Assembly (NCBI RefSeq): GCF_009834535.1
Contig: NC_045696.1
Span: forward strand, 28,398,001-28,462,000
Direction: 5' to 3'
DNA: 64,000 nt
DNA from: Camelus ferus
Lineage: Eukaryota
Part shown: piece by piece, positions 1 through 13,979 of the stretch
Numbering within the stretch: the first letter of the stretch is position 1
How the letters are laid out: the number at the start of each line of letters is the position of its first letter
The notes under the pieces: generated by a model
What the model was told of the DNA's origin: nothing
Databases searched by the model: none
Seen by the model: the letters and a program-made list of their open reading frames with translations, nothing else
Position numbers and translations under genes: made by a program

Positions 1-124
1 GTAGCTCTTGCTTCTAGGGCATTCTCTGAGCAGGCTGACAGCAATTCCAGAAGCTGAGGCAACAAATCCATCCATGAAGGGTGACCTGCACAGCATATCA
101 CGATGTCTGCCACATACTGCCACA
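1..124 (-). mobile_element. Old ERVL-class LTR fragment (LTR16/LTR33-like terminus)
   Basis: 'tgaagggtgacctgcacagcatatcacgatgtctgccaca' resembles the reverse-complemented start of LTR16/33-type LTRs. Confidence 0.4.
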
Positions 125-387
125 GGTCCACCACTCATATCTGCCCAACCCAGAGCCCTAATTCAAAATCCTCCCGCACTGAAATCTCCCCGTCCATGCA
201 GTAGGAATTCTCCTACCTGTAGTGTATTTGAGTTAGTTCAGAAAGGTCTTGAGTTGGTCTTGGTTTTAAATTGAAACAAGTGTTAGTTTTCCATTACTGG
301 TTAATTTTAGTAACTGTTTGACATGGACTATTTGATTATCATCACAGTTCATAGTAATACAACTTGCTTTGACTGGTTTTTCTCTTC

Positions 388-408
388 TTTTTTTTTTTTT
401 TTTTTTTT
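388..408. repeat. poly(T) tract
   Basis: Run of ~21 T. Confidence 0.9.
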
Positions 409-1387
409 GGCTTATACTTTTTCAATACTAAACTTTTTGTAATGTAAGAAATTTGTTTTCTTGTTGTTGTTTTTTTTTCAACTGAGACAAGAAGTTTGGG
501 ACCACCAACTTTCAAATGAATTCAAGAACCCTCAGAGAAAATACACTGAGGAAGAGAAAATCCTAGGCAAGAGTTTGCTTATGTCCATCCTTCTTTGTAC
601 TGACTCTTGGGAGTGCTTGTCCGTGGTAAGTGTGAACAAAAGTGTGTGACACTTAAATCTTAGTCGGAGAAAAAGCTAGCTGTTTTTTATTTTGAAAAGA
701 ATGGGTTTTGTGATCCAAATAGCAGTTAATATAAATATAGGTGTTCACTATAAAAATCTTTCTATTGTATAGAATGCACTGATTAAAATCTGTCAGAATG
801 GAGGGGAAGTGCCAAAATTCACCACAAAATATACACCACTGTGCACGTGTTTTTCTAAGTCCAGAACTACAAGTTATGGAAACAGTAACTTATTAGATCT
901 GCTCTATGAATCTGCTTCTTATATAATTCAAAATAGAGAGATATTTAACTATATTTTAGATATTCTATTTTTGAAAACTTAAGAATGACAGTTTTATCCT
1001 TTTGTGTCTCTACTATCCTACGTTAAACAACTATTTGTTAAATGTGAGATGCAGTGCTAGTTTTGAACAGAGATTCCAAAATGACTTCGAAATAGATCTT
1101 AAATTCAAGGAGCTTAAATTTATATGCCAGTTTGAACAAGACTGTCTGTAGCATCATTCTCTAGTGCTAAGTAAATTCAAATTATAACACTTTTTCCACC
1201 ATGTTACATACTTGTATGCTCAAGGTTTTGAATGGTCGCCAGGGTGGCTATATTTTATAATAATATTTTCTATAATTAAAAATATTTCAAATAATGATGT
1301 TCAATTAGTATGAAATATTACACGGGTCTTAGGGAAGCGTTTCTTTAATCCATCAATATTCTGAAGAAAATGTACTTACTCAGATGA

Positions 1388-1774
1388 TGTGTTTGTTTCC
1401 TAGGGTTGCTGTAATAAATTACCAAAAGGTGTGTGGATTAAAAGACCAAATATCTGTTCCATGCTCCTCTACTAGCTTCTCGTGGTTTGCCGGCTGTCTT
1501 TGGCATCCTTTGTTTTGTAAATGCATTTCTCCAGTCTGCCTTCATTTTCACATATTTCCCTGCACCTCTTCACGTAGTCTTCCCCTTGTACAGGTCCATC
1601 TCTGGGCCCAAATTAATTTCCCTTTATAAGAACATCTGTCATATTGGCTTAGGATTCACCCTAATAATCATATTTTAATTTGATTACTTTTGTAAAGACC
1701 CTATTTCTAAATAAAGTCAGACTTCGAAGTACTGCAGACATTTCTTTTGGGAGGATGCTGTTCAACTCATCACA
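1388..1774 (-). mobile_element. MaLR solo LTR (MLT1C-like), internally deleted
   Basis: Starts tgtgtttgtttcctagggttgctgtaataaattacc, contains gtaaagaccctatttctaaataaagtca, ends ttcaactcatcaca; perfect 5-bp TSD gatga (1383-1387 / 1775-1779). Confidence 0.9.
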
Positions 1775-4317
1775 GATGAATAAAGATTATTCCAAACTGT
1801 AACCATATTTGCAAGGGCAAAGTTCAAAAATGAAGTTAAATCAAATTACCCACTTTACCTAGAAGTCTTACATGCTATAACGTTTTTAAACTCACAGAAA
1901 ATTATGTTATGTAGATTTTTAAAAATGCTCTTTGTATCCTTAAAAATTTCCTCTCTGCTTTAACTCTTAGGACTTTCTGCACATTTGATTTTCCCTGGTT
2001 ATGTATGTAAACTTAAATACTTTAAAAATCTATGCAGATTTCATCTGCTCCCGTCTACTTCTATATTAATTTTAAAGCGATTATCCCCCCAATAATTTGG
2101 CTCTAAAAGGAAATAAGGATACACATCATGTTGGGATCAGTGCTTCTTCTTAATTCCTTTTTATGCTACATTCTACTAGGCTCTTCTTTTTAACTCTCTG
2201 TACTATCCATCTGTGTACATACAGATATATATGTTGTAGGATATGATTTTTTATTAAATGTGTTTTATTTTATAAGGCAACAGTTCACAGCTTTGGTAAC
2301 ACTTTATAATCTCTTGGGAAAAATAAACATTGAGTGGTTTGGTTGAAAATCTCTCTTTTAATAAATAGTTAGACCACTATCAGGAAGTCAATAGCCCTGA
2401 CTTGATTGTCTTACTAGTTTTGTGCCTTTTATAAAAATTTTTCCAGATAGCTGGTGATACTTTGACATGCAAGTTACTTTAAAATGGTTTAATCATTCAG
2501 TGGGCTTAAGATATCCTGAGAGAAAATCGATGTGGTAATTTCATTCCAGGAAAATAAACTTCTTTTTCAAACAAATGCATAATGTACCATGAGAAGAAGT
2601 GCAGCTTTTATATGGATTTATCAAGGAATTTTCTTTCTACCAAAAATGAGTACTCTGGCTAGACTCTTATTCAGCCTCCTGAATCCTCCTTGTTCCACTT
2701 CAGGAATAACAATCCAGTCTTTTGTACGCTGTGGCCCTTCTCTGCCTAGTCCTATTTATCGTTATTCACCCCATTAGTTCAAAAACAGTCAACTCTTATC
2801 AGAACCACTTTCATATTTCCCTAAATGGGCTAACCACAGACACTCTGAAACATAATCAAAAGGTTTTTCTCATTGAAACAACGTTGCTTGTTTTAAAATA
2901 CAAATCCATTAGCATTACCCATTTGCTTGTAAATTGTCAGTGGCTCGCTATTACTCTGAATATAAATATAGGTCCCATAAGATGGCAGGTATGTGTCCAA
3001 GGCCACAATCTCAGCTAATATTAAGCAAAGTTTAGAAGTTTATGAAGTTCCTTTCCGGTGTTTCTTCAGTCCCCAGGTGAACCTCCGCCAGTGCCTTTGT
3101 TATTTGTGTCCTGATCACTGTCATGATTTTCCCACTTACTGATCCTCTACCCAATGTCCCCAAATGCTTCTTTTGAACTCTATTGTCCAACTTCATAAAT
3201 AAAAAATTAAGAATACAAATATTTATGTTCTTGCATATTGATGTATTTTCAAAAATGTCCATTAGGTACTGACATTGTTTAGGTCAAAGTGACAAATTTT
3301 CACTGGATTTACGCATTCTGAGGGATTCCAGTGGTGGAGATTGGTTGGCTTCATGGAATTTTCTTTGTAAACATGAACATTTGCCATTATGCAATCACCT
3401 ACTGCCACATCAAATTTCTTACCTTGAAATAAGTGTAGGAAATGCTGAAAAAATATTTTTTGACATGATGACATTTTGCATAGCAGTGGAAGATCATTGA
3501 CCAAAACTCTTGTAGAAAATTCAAATACCCTTAATATCAAAAAAAAATTTTAAAGTAAATACTGAAAATAGCACCATTTAAAATCAATCAGGTTTTATTT
3601 CCTATTTATATAATTAATTAACAACAGCTTACTTTTATGAAGTTTCCATTTGCAAATGTAACTTTAAAAATTTTATCAAGCTGTTCAACCAAATAGTTTC
3701 AAATGTATTTGAAAATTAAGTCATCTTATTCCAGGGTTAATGAAAGTAGAACAATGTAAAAATCATAAAATCAGCATAAACAAAAGGTTTATGAGCAAAT
3801 GCAAGGTTATGGTTTAATGCTCAGAGAAATAGCATATCCATGAGTAAATTTAAATGTAGTTTTAAGGTATTTCAGAAAACTCTTCTAAAATGTAATAAAT
3901 GAATGCTTTCCAGCTTGTGAACAGGTCTGAAACAAAATTTCTCAAAAGCATGGAAGGAGGTTTTTCTCTGAATTTCCTCCAATGCTGCACATTTCATTTG
4001 CCTTCATTTTTATTTTATAATTTTAATAAATTAGAGGGTGGATATACTTCAAAGCATGTAATTAAGAGGCGAAGATTCTGATCTTCACTTTACCACTAAG
4101 AATCATGTTTAGTCACTTACCTCTCCAAAGAAGCAAATGAGAAGTTTAGACAGAACATGAACATCTGTTGAAAGTTGACAGTTATGTGATGTTATAGCTC
4201 ATGTAAGGTTGGGTAGTTGGTACATGGGGGTATGAGATTTCTTTTCTGAAACTATGCTGGAGGCTGAATAAAAGGACTTGTTTATTAACCCAAGGAGCAT
4301 GCTATTTTACCCACCAG

Positions 4318-4510
4318 AGTAATGGTAGTCAACCTTGTTCTATGTAAGAATGAATAAGGAAGTTACTATAAAATGTACATTCTCAGATTCTGAATTTTTT
4401 CCATTAGAGATTCTAATTTAGTAAGTCTAAGTTGGGACAAAGAATCCACTGTTTTTAACTAGCATTCCGGGTAATTCTGGTGATAAAGTTTTCTTTGAGA
4501 AACAGTACTC
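4318..4510. mobile_element. MER5-like hAT-Charlie MITE
   Basis: 'agagattctaatttagtaagtctaagttggga...agaatccactgtttttaactagcattccgggtaattctg...tttgagaaacagt' follows the MER5A/B layout. Confidence 0.65.
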
Positions 4511-6994
4511 CAGGCCATGAGGATCAAGTAGGTGTCTTAAAAATTCAGGCACGAAAACAGATTGATCTATTTCTATTCAATTTTGGAGGCACCATAAGTG
4601 ATACCTTAGCATGTGTTTGTGTAAAAGTGGTTACATTAATTTTTGCCAAAAAGACATGTGTTTACAGAGAAAGAATTCTATATATAGTACACTACTGAGA
4701 AAATATACAGGATTTATGCCACATGTACAAATAAATGATAGATGACATCTTAGTGACAGTAAATATTATAACAGTGCTGTTGGTATTGCATGTGAAGACC
4801 TCTTTAAGAAATACGCCTCTTCAATACAGTGCCACTTTACATAATATTCTCTGTCTAAAGCATTTGCATTTATAATTGGTATATAAATGTTCATGAAAAC
4901 TGAAATATTCATCAGGCAAAGAAAAAGTTTTATGAAGAACAAGAAGTTTGATGGATGCTTCTGTAAAAACGAACTGTCTGCATTAAAAAGTGACACGTTT
5001 TGTAACTGTTCATAATGGTGATCTCTTACTAGCTATAAAGCAGTGAGCAATATATAAAATTTTGATGATAAAAAGATTCATCACACTTTATTGCACTGTA
5101 GGAAGCTATAGCGCTGATTATTATTTTTATTCATATATTCCCCTTCTTTGTATTTTTAATCTAACATAAAAGTAATTGTGTATATTTAAAACTGTACTAA
5201 ATTATGAGGCTTGAGATTTTCTCCTTTTAACAGAAAGGAGATTCCAAAACATGGATTCCTATCAGATTCACTGGAGGTTATTATAATCATTGTTTTCCAA
5301 TATAAAATGTCTAAAAATTTTTTAAAATCTCGACATAATATAAACTTCGAGAATATTTTATTATTTTATTTAGGTGGGAAGTTGCTAATTGGGTGAAAAT
5401 TTACACTGCATCCAACGTTTTTCTTCATTGTATCTCCATATTATTTTCAAATGTTAAAAGATGCTCTTGATAATATTGCCATATTTTTAGATGTTATATT
5501 TCTAAATCTAGATTTAAAGTTTACCTTGTAAATTCATGTTTTTATTTTTTGTATTGATAAATATATTTTATTCTCAGTTTCTTAAGGCACTAAATCCATT
5601 GAGTCATTGGCCTTTATTTTTTTACCAAGAAAATGGATCTATAGTAGAATAAAAAAATTAAGTTTCATAATAACAGACTTTTTGTTTGTTTTTAAGTTTG
5701 TAAGGAAGACAACACTTTAAAATGAAATCCAGACTCTTGAGAGACAAAATATGTGAGTTTGAGTCTGAAAAATTTACTTTTAATATAAAAGTTAGACCTT
5801 TGCTGAATCAAAGTATACAGAATTTTCACAGGGAACCAAAGAGATAGATATATAAAGAATTTAAGCAGTTTTCACTCCTTTGTCTGTAAGAGACAAAACC
5901 AAAAGGAAGAGTGGAGTTTCTAATGGGAATGTTTTCCACAACATAAACAAAGTAAATGTCTAAAATCTGCCCAAATTGAGGGTGGGGAAGTGACAGAGAA
6001 AAGTCACTAGTAAACACTCGAGAGTAGATGTGATCACAGCCTCACTTCTCAGGATAGAGTAACATGCAGGCATGTCTCATAGAAAACCTTCATTTCAAGA
6101 TGGTGCTTGAGAGTCCCTGAGTCCAGTCTGAAGTGTGAGAAGTCGAAAACGACAGCAGATCGAAAGGGACCCTGGGGCTCACATTGGGGAGAACTTAGCA
6201 CATGTGTTCCTCTTGATGTGCTCCCAAAAGACACTTTTGGTTCAATGACATAATAATTAACATAAGTGAGAGCTGAGATGAAAAATATGCCTCAGTGGAG
6301 GCCAGAGATATCCCCTCGTGTATGACAGCACACGTATTTCTCATCCAAATGCCTATGAGCTTTCGGAACACAATTTTATTAGACCCCCCAAGTATGAATA
6401 TTGGTGGGTCTAAAACTATAAAAATTATTCTAGAAACTGCCTCATATACACCTTAAAAGTAGGTATAGCACATATTACTGAAAAAGCAAAATAAAAACTA
6501 TCTAAATTGCTTATTCTGTAACAACTCTATCCCCTCTCTCACATGTTTTCACATATATGTATATACACACACATAATTAACACATATCATATTTTAATAT
6601 ATCTTTAAAAATTAGCAGTGTTTATCAAATACCTGGTTAGGATATTTTCAGAAGAGAATTAACAAGTTTACTGGTGAATCTCTGTTCTCCTAAATGAATG
6701 TAATTCATATCAAATACGTCAAGTCTGAAGTCTCACAATACATGGTCTATTACACTTCAACTAGCAGAAAGAGAAATTAACAGTTCTGGTCATGTCCTTT
6801 TATTCATTATAAACAGCTACATTATACAGAGGAATACAACTAACACTTTTCTCTTATTCACTCCTTCAACTTTTTAATGTGTAAACAGAATCGTGTGTTT
6901 CCCCTTCTTAAACCTCTCCAGTGGTTTCTAATTGTGCTTAGATTATAAATAAAATCCTTTCCCAAAGTCTGCACCCAACTACATCATCTTGTCC

Positions 6995-7568
6995 TGACCT
7001 GGCTTTTTTTTTTTTTTTCGATTTTATTTTTTTAAACAATTTTATTGTGGTATAATTCTTGTACAGTAAGCTACCTATATTTCAGATGTACGATTTGATG
7101 AATTTTGAAAGATGTACACAACTATGAAACCACCACCACGATCAGGATACCTAACATTTCCATCACTCCCCAAGAGATGCAATTTTCAAACTCCTCATTT
7201 ATCCCTTCTCACCTCCTCTACCCCCTAGTAACCATAAGGTTGTTCTCTATGCATAAGAATCTGTTTCTATTTTGAAAATAAATTCATTTGTGTCTTTTTT
7301 TTAGATTCCACATATAAGTGATATCATGCGGTATTTTAATTTTTCTTTCTGGCTCACTTCACTTAAATTACAATGAGATATCACTTCACACCAGTCAGAA
7401 TGGCCATCATTAAAAAGTCCACAAACGATAAATGCTGCAGAGGGTGTGGAGGAAAAGGAAACCTCTGAGACTGTTGGTGGGAATGTAAATTGGTGCAGCC
7501 ACTACGGAGGACAGTATGGAGGTTCCTTAGAAAGCTAAAAATAAACTTACCATATGACCTGGCTTTTT
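6995..7568 (-). mobile_element. Composite 5'-inverted L1 insertion with 14-bp TSD
   Basis: TSD tgacctggcttttt at 6995-7008 and 7555-7568; poly(T); old L1M 3' end (~7030-7172, -); young L1 3'UTR (~7177-7365, -); L1 ORF2 C-terminal piece (~7366-7556, +). Confidence 0.9.
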
Positions 7569-7802
7569 GACCTTAATTCATACCATACTCCTCCCTTCTC
7601 ACTGGTTCCAGTCACCTTAAACTCTGCTGTGGGGATATACCAAGCCCTTTGCTACATACATCTTGCTTGATTCTCCCTTAGATCTTCACATGCTTGAGTC
7701 TTTCTGGTAATTCAGCCCTCAACAGACACGTTGTCTCAGGGAAGAGGAGCCTTCCTGATTATACTGTATGAAGTAGCCTCCCCACCCGAGTTACACATAC
7801 AC

Positions 7803-7836
7803 ACAGCCACAGCCACAGCCACAGCCACAGCCACAG
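7803..7836. repeat. (ACAGCC)n hexamer microsatellite
   Basis: 5.7 perfect copies. Confidence 0.95.
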
Positions 7837-8302
7837 TGCTCTGCTTTATTGTTTTCATAGCACTTGTCACTGTCTAATTTCACCCTTTGTCTGACGTCTT
7901 GAACTGATATTGTTAAATAATAATAATTATTGAAGGTTAGTGAAGTGTTTGCTTATCTATTTTTATTCATTTTTGGCTTGGGGATAATTAAAGGAATAAA
8001 TAGACATTAGAAATTATAGCCAATAACCATATGATATGTGAGTTACTACATATAATTTAAGGTTACTAGATCACACATTATAAACCAATGACTATGGAGA
8101 TATAGGTCTGGAGACTTAAATTGATTTCTTATGGACCATGGAGGGCTTTGAATGTTTTGCCAAGAAGTCTGACTCTGACAGAAAAGCAATGAAATATTTT
8201 AAGCTTTTGAATGACATCAACAAATGTAGAACTGGGAAAAATATGTTAGCTATAGTGAGATAAGAAATTTGAGAAAATGTTGCCATTATGTTCATTTTTA
8301 TG

Positions 8303-8560
8303 TATTCATTCATTTATGCGAGTTATTTACTGAGCACTGTTTTGGACACTGCAGATACAGTGGTGAGCAAACAAAATTCTCACCCTTATGTAATTTACAT
8401 TCCAGGGGACGATATGGAAAATAAACAAATGAACAAATAAATATCGGTGTAAATATAAAATCCTATATAGTGAGAAATGCTATGGTGAACAATAAAACAA
8501 GGCCAAGTAGAGGCAAGGTGATGATGTGGTTATGTTTGGAAGCCTATCTTAGTAGGTCAG
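8303..8560 (-). mobile_element. L2 3' end
   Basis: 'attcattcatt...tatttactgagcac...ggacactgcagatacagtggtgagcaaa'. Confidence 0.75.
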
Positions 8561-8629
8561 TTTTGAACGGAAATGTAAATTTACCATAGGAGAGAGCTGT
8601 GCACACAAAATATGGCGAAATAAGCACAC

Positions 8630-10050
8630 ATACATTTCTCAAACACATTTGTCTTAGGACACCTTTATACTCTTAAAATTCCTGAAGATCCCAAAGAACT
8701 TGTATGTGAGTCATATCTATTTCTAATCGATGTTTATGTCTATGTGTCTATGTCTACACCTATATGTATAGCCGTATCTGTATCTATATTTCTGCATCAT
8801 CTCTATATATCTTATTAAGAATTAAAATGAAGTCTATTTATTAATTCATTAAAAAACAATAAAAACCTATAACATGTTAACATAAACCGTAACTATATTT
8901 TCTAAAATCCAAAAAGTTTGATGAGAAGAGTGTTTTCTATTCTTGCAAATTTCTTTAATTTCAGGCTAAGCAAACCCTATTTGGATTCTCACATTTGTTT
9001 CTACAACCAATACACTGCAATGCATTGTTTAGACTGAAGTATATGAAGAAAATATGGCCTCATGCAGATATGTAATTGGAAAGGTGAATATTTTCATAAC
9101 CATTTCAGATAATTACAAATATTCTTTGCTGTTGATGCTACACCAAAACTCTATAAAAAGTAGTTTCTAAAAGGTTTATTTCAATGTGGAATCTAAAACC
9201 ACATCAAGGAACTTCCTATATTCTGTTCCAATAAAATTCATTGCTATATTACATTCTTTGAATGGATATTTTATCCATATATAATTTTATAACATCATGT
9301 ATTGGTCTTTTGGAAGATAATGATTCATTGAGTTTTAGTGTTAGCACATTTCATTATAAAATACCAAATAAAATTAGCTTTGTTTTTATTACCACCAATC
9401 TCATAGTAAAAGTCTTTAAATAATGGGAAACTCAATGTTAAGAAAAAATTCCCCAAATCTCAAATGCACGAAATAAACATGCTGGGTTTTTTTCTTTAAA
9501 GTGATAGGCTGATTCACTCTGTTCATTTTTGATAAAGTAGCTGTCAAGTCCAAATATTCATAATGTAACAGATGTTCTCACAAGTAAAATGGTATTCCAT
9601 GGTGAGAAGGGGATAGGCAGCTAGTTCAGTGCACAACTCAAACAACTGCCCAAACTGTTTTCCTTGAGACAATCATTTTACTTTTGTATGCATCAGAAGT
9701 GCTTTTTGTGTGTTTTCTACTTTATCATACAGAATATTAAAAAGATGCTTACTCAAGAGTCAATATTTAGGTAATTTTTACTGTTTCATCAAGAACATTT
9801 TTAAGTGAAACTGGAATTTTGTTTTTTAGCAGTATATGTTGATGAAGAGTTCAATGACTCAGTACAATCTGGTGCTGCTGCTTTGATTCCTGCTAAGCTG
9901 CCCACGCTTTAACCCCCTTCAGGGCAAATATTAACATGACAGAAAAATGCAAATGACACTGTAATATAATTATGGAAATTGTTCTGAGCTAACAGATTCT
10001 CTGAAGGCTTCTTGGGGATGCCCAGGGATTACATAGTTCTTGGGAACCAT
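8630..10050. mobile_element. hAT-Charlie DNA transposon (Charlie1a-like, ~1.4 kb, non-autonomous)
   Basis: Left end 'tttctcaaac...ggacacctttatactcttaaaattcctgaagatcccaaagaact'; internal 'gatgctacaccaaaactc...agtagtttctaaaaggtt'; right end 'ggggatgcccagggat...ttgggaaccat'. Confidence 0.8.
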
Positions 10051-11109
10051 TTACACACATGCTATATTGGATTCTGCATGAGGGCTGAGTTGATATAACC
10101 CATTACTTACCAACAAATTTTAATATTATATTTTACAGATAGAAGGGACATTCTGAAATAAGAACAAACAGAAAAAAGATTAGAAAAGGATTATATGTAG
10201 TTATAAATTTTGCTAACCATCTATCACATGCAGTTTCATTTTGTAAAGAGATTAGTACCTTAAAACTCTAGGTATGATACTCATTTTAGCTAATATCTAT
10301 TTCCCAGTGCCTGCATATCACTTGTAATGTAGGGTATACAGTGACAATAATTTATAGTACAAGTAAGATACATGTGTGAAAGCCTCATTTTCCCGGCCAA
10401 TTTATTTTGTGAACACCTCGGAAAGGTTATTTTTACATATGGAGATCTAGCCAATAGACAGGGATCATTTTAATAGTTTTCACCTTGTCTCCTCATTTTC
10501 TGTGTTCTTTCACCTTTTCTAAGGATTCAAGTGGGCACGAAGCAGCTCCCTCTGTTGGCAGATTTTAGGAGTCACTGAAGTGGCCATGTAAGACTCATCT
10601 GTTCCTGGTAGAAGTCTAATGCCTTCCAGCACATACCACAAATTGGCAATCTACATTGTTTGTTTAAGTTCCCTATAAAACAGTATCTGGCAAATTTCCT
10701 GTTTCTGAAATAAAATGCCCTCTGCAGTTACTAGCAAGTATCTTTACTGTTAGGTGGATGTCAATAACCCACATTGTTTCCAAACACATCAATACCTAGG
10801 TTAGTACCAGACAGAAAAGACACTTGAAAGTGATAGATTCACCCACAGAACTTCTCTGAACAGACCAAGTCTGTTCTTAATATTAGTGACTTTTCCTTAT
10901 CTCCACAGCTATATGTTTAGCTAAAAGAGACAGGCTTTGCAGCCATGAAGAAAGTTCCGGCACCTCTAAAAGTTTGCTAGGTCAAGTTAACATCGCCTAT
11001 CATTGCATTAATTTTTTGTTAATTACAATTTGAACAAGTTTACTTGTATTAGGTTCAGTGTGGGAACATGTGAAATGTGGCTAAAATAAAAGTTAAATTT
11101 AGTCAAATT

Positions 11110-11280
11110 ACCTAGTTCCAGTTCATGAAAAGCCAAGACCTTAACGATGTTACTTAAATCCTGTTCTTGCTCTCCCATCAAGATAATAGTTGTATGTACC
11201 TCATAAAGTTGTTTTTGAGATTAAATGTATTAATATGAATAGAGAATGGTGCCTGTCCTATAGTAGCTGCTTACACATTA
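11110..11280 (+). mobile_element. MIR SINE
   Basis: 'tacctcataaagttgtttttgagattaaatg...tggtgcctgtcctatagtagctgct'. Confidence 0.7.
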
Positions 11281-11283
11281 CTA

Positions 11284-11332
<49 letters not shown>
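11278..11332. repeat. (TTA)n microsatellite at the MIR tail
   Basis: ~15 near-perfect TTA units. Confidence 0.95.
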
Positions 11333-13849
11333 TACATTAGATAGTTTATGTATGTAGTCTTCTCCTGGTTAATTTGGTAAATGTAACTGTAGCATGCCTA
11401 CATTTATACTTCACTTTTGCTCATTAACTCATAATGAGTATGAATTATCTACCTATGATATACAAATAATGGGATTGTTTTCTTTCCAATTTAGCTTCTA
11501 GATTTTTGCCTTTGGCTGCAAAGCCTGTAGCAAAAATTATTCCACTTCAGTTACAAGAATCTGAAGTCCAGGACTGGAAGCATCTTCCTCAAAGAGTTGT
11601 AGAGAAAAAAAATTGGACAGCCCAGCCAGACTTTATAAATCTCCTTCCAAGACTATCACTGGCTGGAGAGATTGCTTTTGGCAAATAATTAAATCAAGTA
11701 TTGTTTAATCTGTTTTACAAAAGAACACAAAACAAAGCCAAATCAAATAAAACCTTACAACCATTCTTTGACAGATCAAATTAGGTCTGCAAACCCTGTA
11801 GAATAAGAGTAATTGCTAGGCCGTGGGTATGTAGTTCATTATTTAAAAACATACACAATTATAATTGAATAAGGATGGAATAAGATTGTAATAAAACATG
11901 GGTAATATTTGGAGTTTAACGATAAAGGCTATCGTCTCCCTCGTGTGTTGGACAGATGTGTGTTTTTGGCAACCACTTTGAATCTTTGCCCAGGCCCCAT
12001 TACAGTCATCCTTATCTGCATTTCATACAGAGAAATAGAAAAGAAAGAAAAATCCCAGTCTGCTGAGGCAGGAATAAATGCCTTATGCATCTGATATTGT
12101 TCATTCATTCCGCTGAAAAGAGTTCTGGCCGTTTACCAGCTTTCAGTAAAAAAAGATTTATTTTCAGTCATGAAACTAATTTCTATTAAAATTGCAAGAC
12201 TCTTTTCACTAGTAGACTGTTTTTTGTTAAGATGGTTAGTGAAACTAAACAAACAAACCAAAAAAAGAAAAAAAAAGTATTGGGAGAGAAGGGAAGGAAT
12301 TGATCTTAAAATAATATATATCCTGCAAAAATTTGTTTTCATAAGGTGACTGTTGTCCATGGGTGAGATAATGTAGACTAATTTGAAGAATGTGGAAAGA
12401 GAACACTAAAATATTTAAAAGACTTCAAAAAGATTGATTTAGAAGTGAAGAGGGAATGCAAAGTTAAGTGTTGAGAATGTATTTAAAGTATATATTCTCT
12501 CCTACTTGTATATTTATACATACACGTATACAGTATAACAATGTATATGTATAGTCTTTTCTTATTATATATTTTGACTGAATGCTGATCATTTCACCAC
12601 AATATTATTACAGTTTATGGCTGAAGTAACTTTTAATTCCATTATTGCTTGGAGATGGATGAAGAGCATGAAAAAGAATGAAATTCTTTCAAGTAAGTCT
12701 CTTGCTAATGATAATAGTTCTTAGTGAAAATATCTGATTCATATAACACTATTCAAGAAGATTTTTGTTAAAGTTTCATTTACCTATGGAGTTTTCTCAG
12801 CGTGACAAAGGGTGCCTATCTGAAGAAAATTAGAGGCAGAGCTAGGATGTGGGAGAACCTTTATCATAATGAGAGAATGAGTAAATTAAAGTCTTTAAGA
12901 TAGTAACCAAATAAAACACACACACACTTCCAGAAGTATGACCTATTAAGTTTCTTTTTATAAAGGTCAGTATCTTAGTGTTTTGAATAGTATTTTTGTG
13001 CCTATATTCCAATGGGCACCAGACTTAACTATAATTATTAAAACTCTTAAAAGTATATCTTTTACTTCCTCCAAAAACATAAGTAATGACTGACTTAATT
13101 TATACATTTATTAAAAAAAGTATTACTGGTTTAAGAAAGCATTTTTAAGGAAATGTACATAGTTAGAAATTTCTAGCAAAATCATTCCTGTATATTCTAG
13201 CTAAGTAAGATGAATTTACAAAATTCATTAAACCGAGTGTATAGCCTTTTAATTAGAGGATCTAAAATCTTTATCATAATAATTATGAAAGGTACAAAAT
13301 AGATATTTCTTCATACATTATATTTTACAGTGATATAAATAAGTATGATTATGTGATCAAAGAGTTGTCAGATAAAATATTTCTATGTGAGTCATTTCTT
13401 TTCTAATATTCTATTATCACTCAAATATTAATTATCTGGAGTTAAAATGTTCTTTAATTTTTCAAAATACATTTATTATGTTGCTTACTAGGTACTAGTC
13501 AACATGCAAATCTACAAGAAAAAATTGATACGCTCTTGCTTCTGACTTCAAAGTACTCAGTTTAGAACAGGATTTGTGACTGACTCGTGCCTTTTTGTGC
13601 TTTCTGTGTATTTCTTTGCTCTGCCTTTACTCCCTTTCGTGATTGCCAGTCCTTCTCCAGGAAGACCTCAGAGGGAAAACTAAGTGTTGATGCCACATAA
13701 TTAAACACTTAATTTATATCCGAAGCTATGTGTAAATGACTATTTTATCTTCTCTTTATCTGTTCTCTGTTAAATGTTGAAAAAGAGAAGATGGGTGAAT
13801 AGAGGAGAAACAACTTGACCACAAGAATTAAAAATAAGTAGTTCTAGTC

Positions 13850-13979
13850 CAAAGCAAAAGAAAACAAAAACAAAAAGCAAACAAACAAACAAAAAAGAGT
13901 AAAAACAACAAACAATGTGTAGGACAGAAGACAAGGAATTGATCTTCACAAAATAAAATATATATATATATATATATAT
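13850..13979. repeat. A-rich (CAAA)n tract and (TA)n
   Basis: aaacaaacaaac... at ~13855-13915; (TA)~10 at ~13959-13979. Confidence 0.8.

Larger units (their letters stand above)
6880..7880 (+). mobile_element. L2 LINE fragment, split by the L1 insertion at 6995-7568
   Basis: 'aaacctctccagtggtttctaattgtgcttag...aaaatcctt' before and 'ccttcctga...tttattgttttcatagcacttgtcact' after are collinear L2 3' motifs. Confidence 0.7.

Noticed and set aside
461..649. 62-aa ORF with a donor-like GTG|gtaagt at ~625
   Set aside because: No convincing acceptor or start and no recognisable protein; isolated donor motifs are common.
3032..3540. Two adjacent minus-strand ORFs (76 and 92 aa)
   Set aside because: No recognisable homology or coding-like composition; expected by chance.
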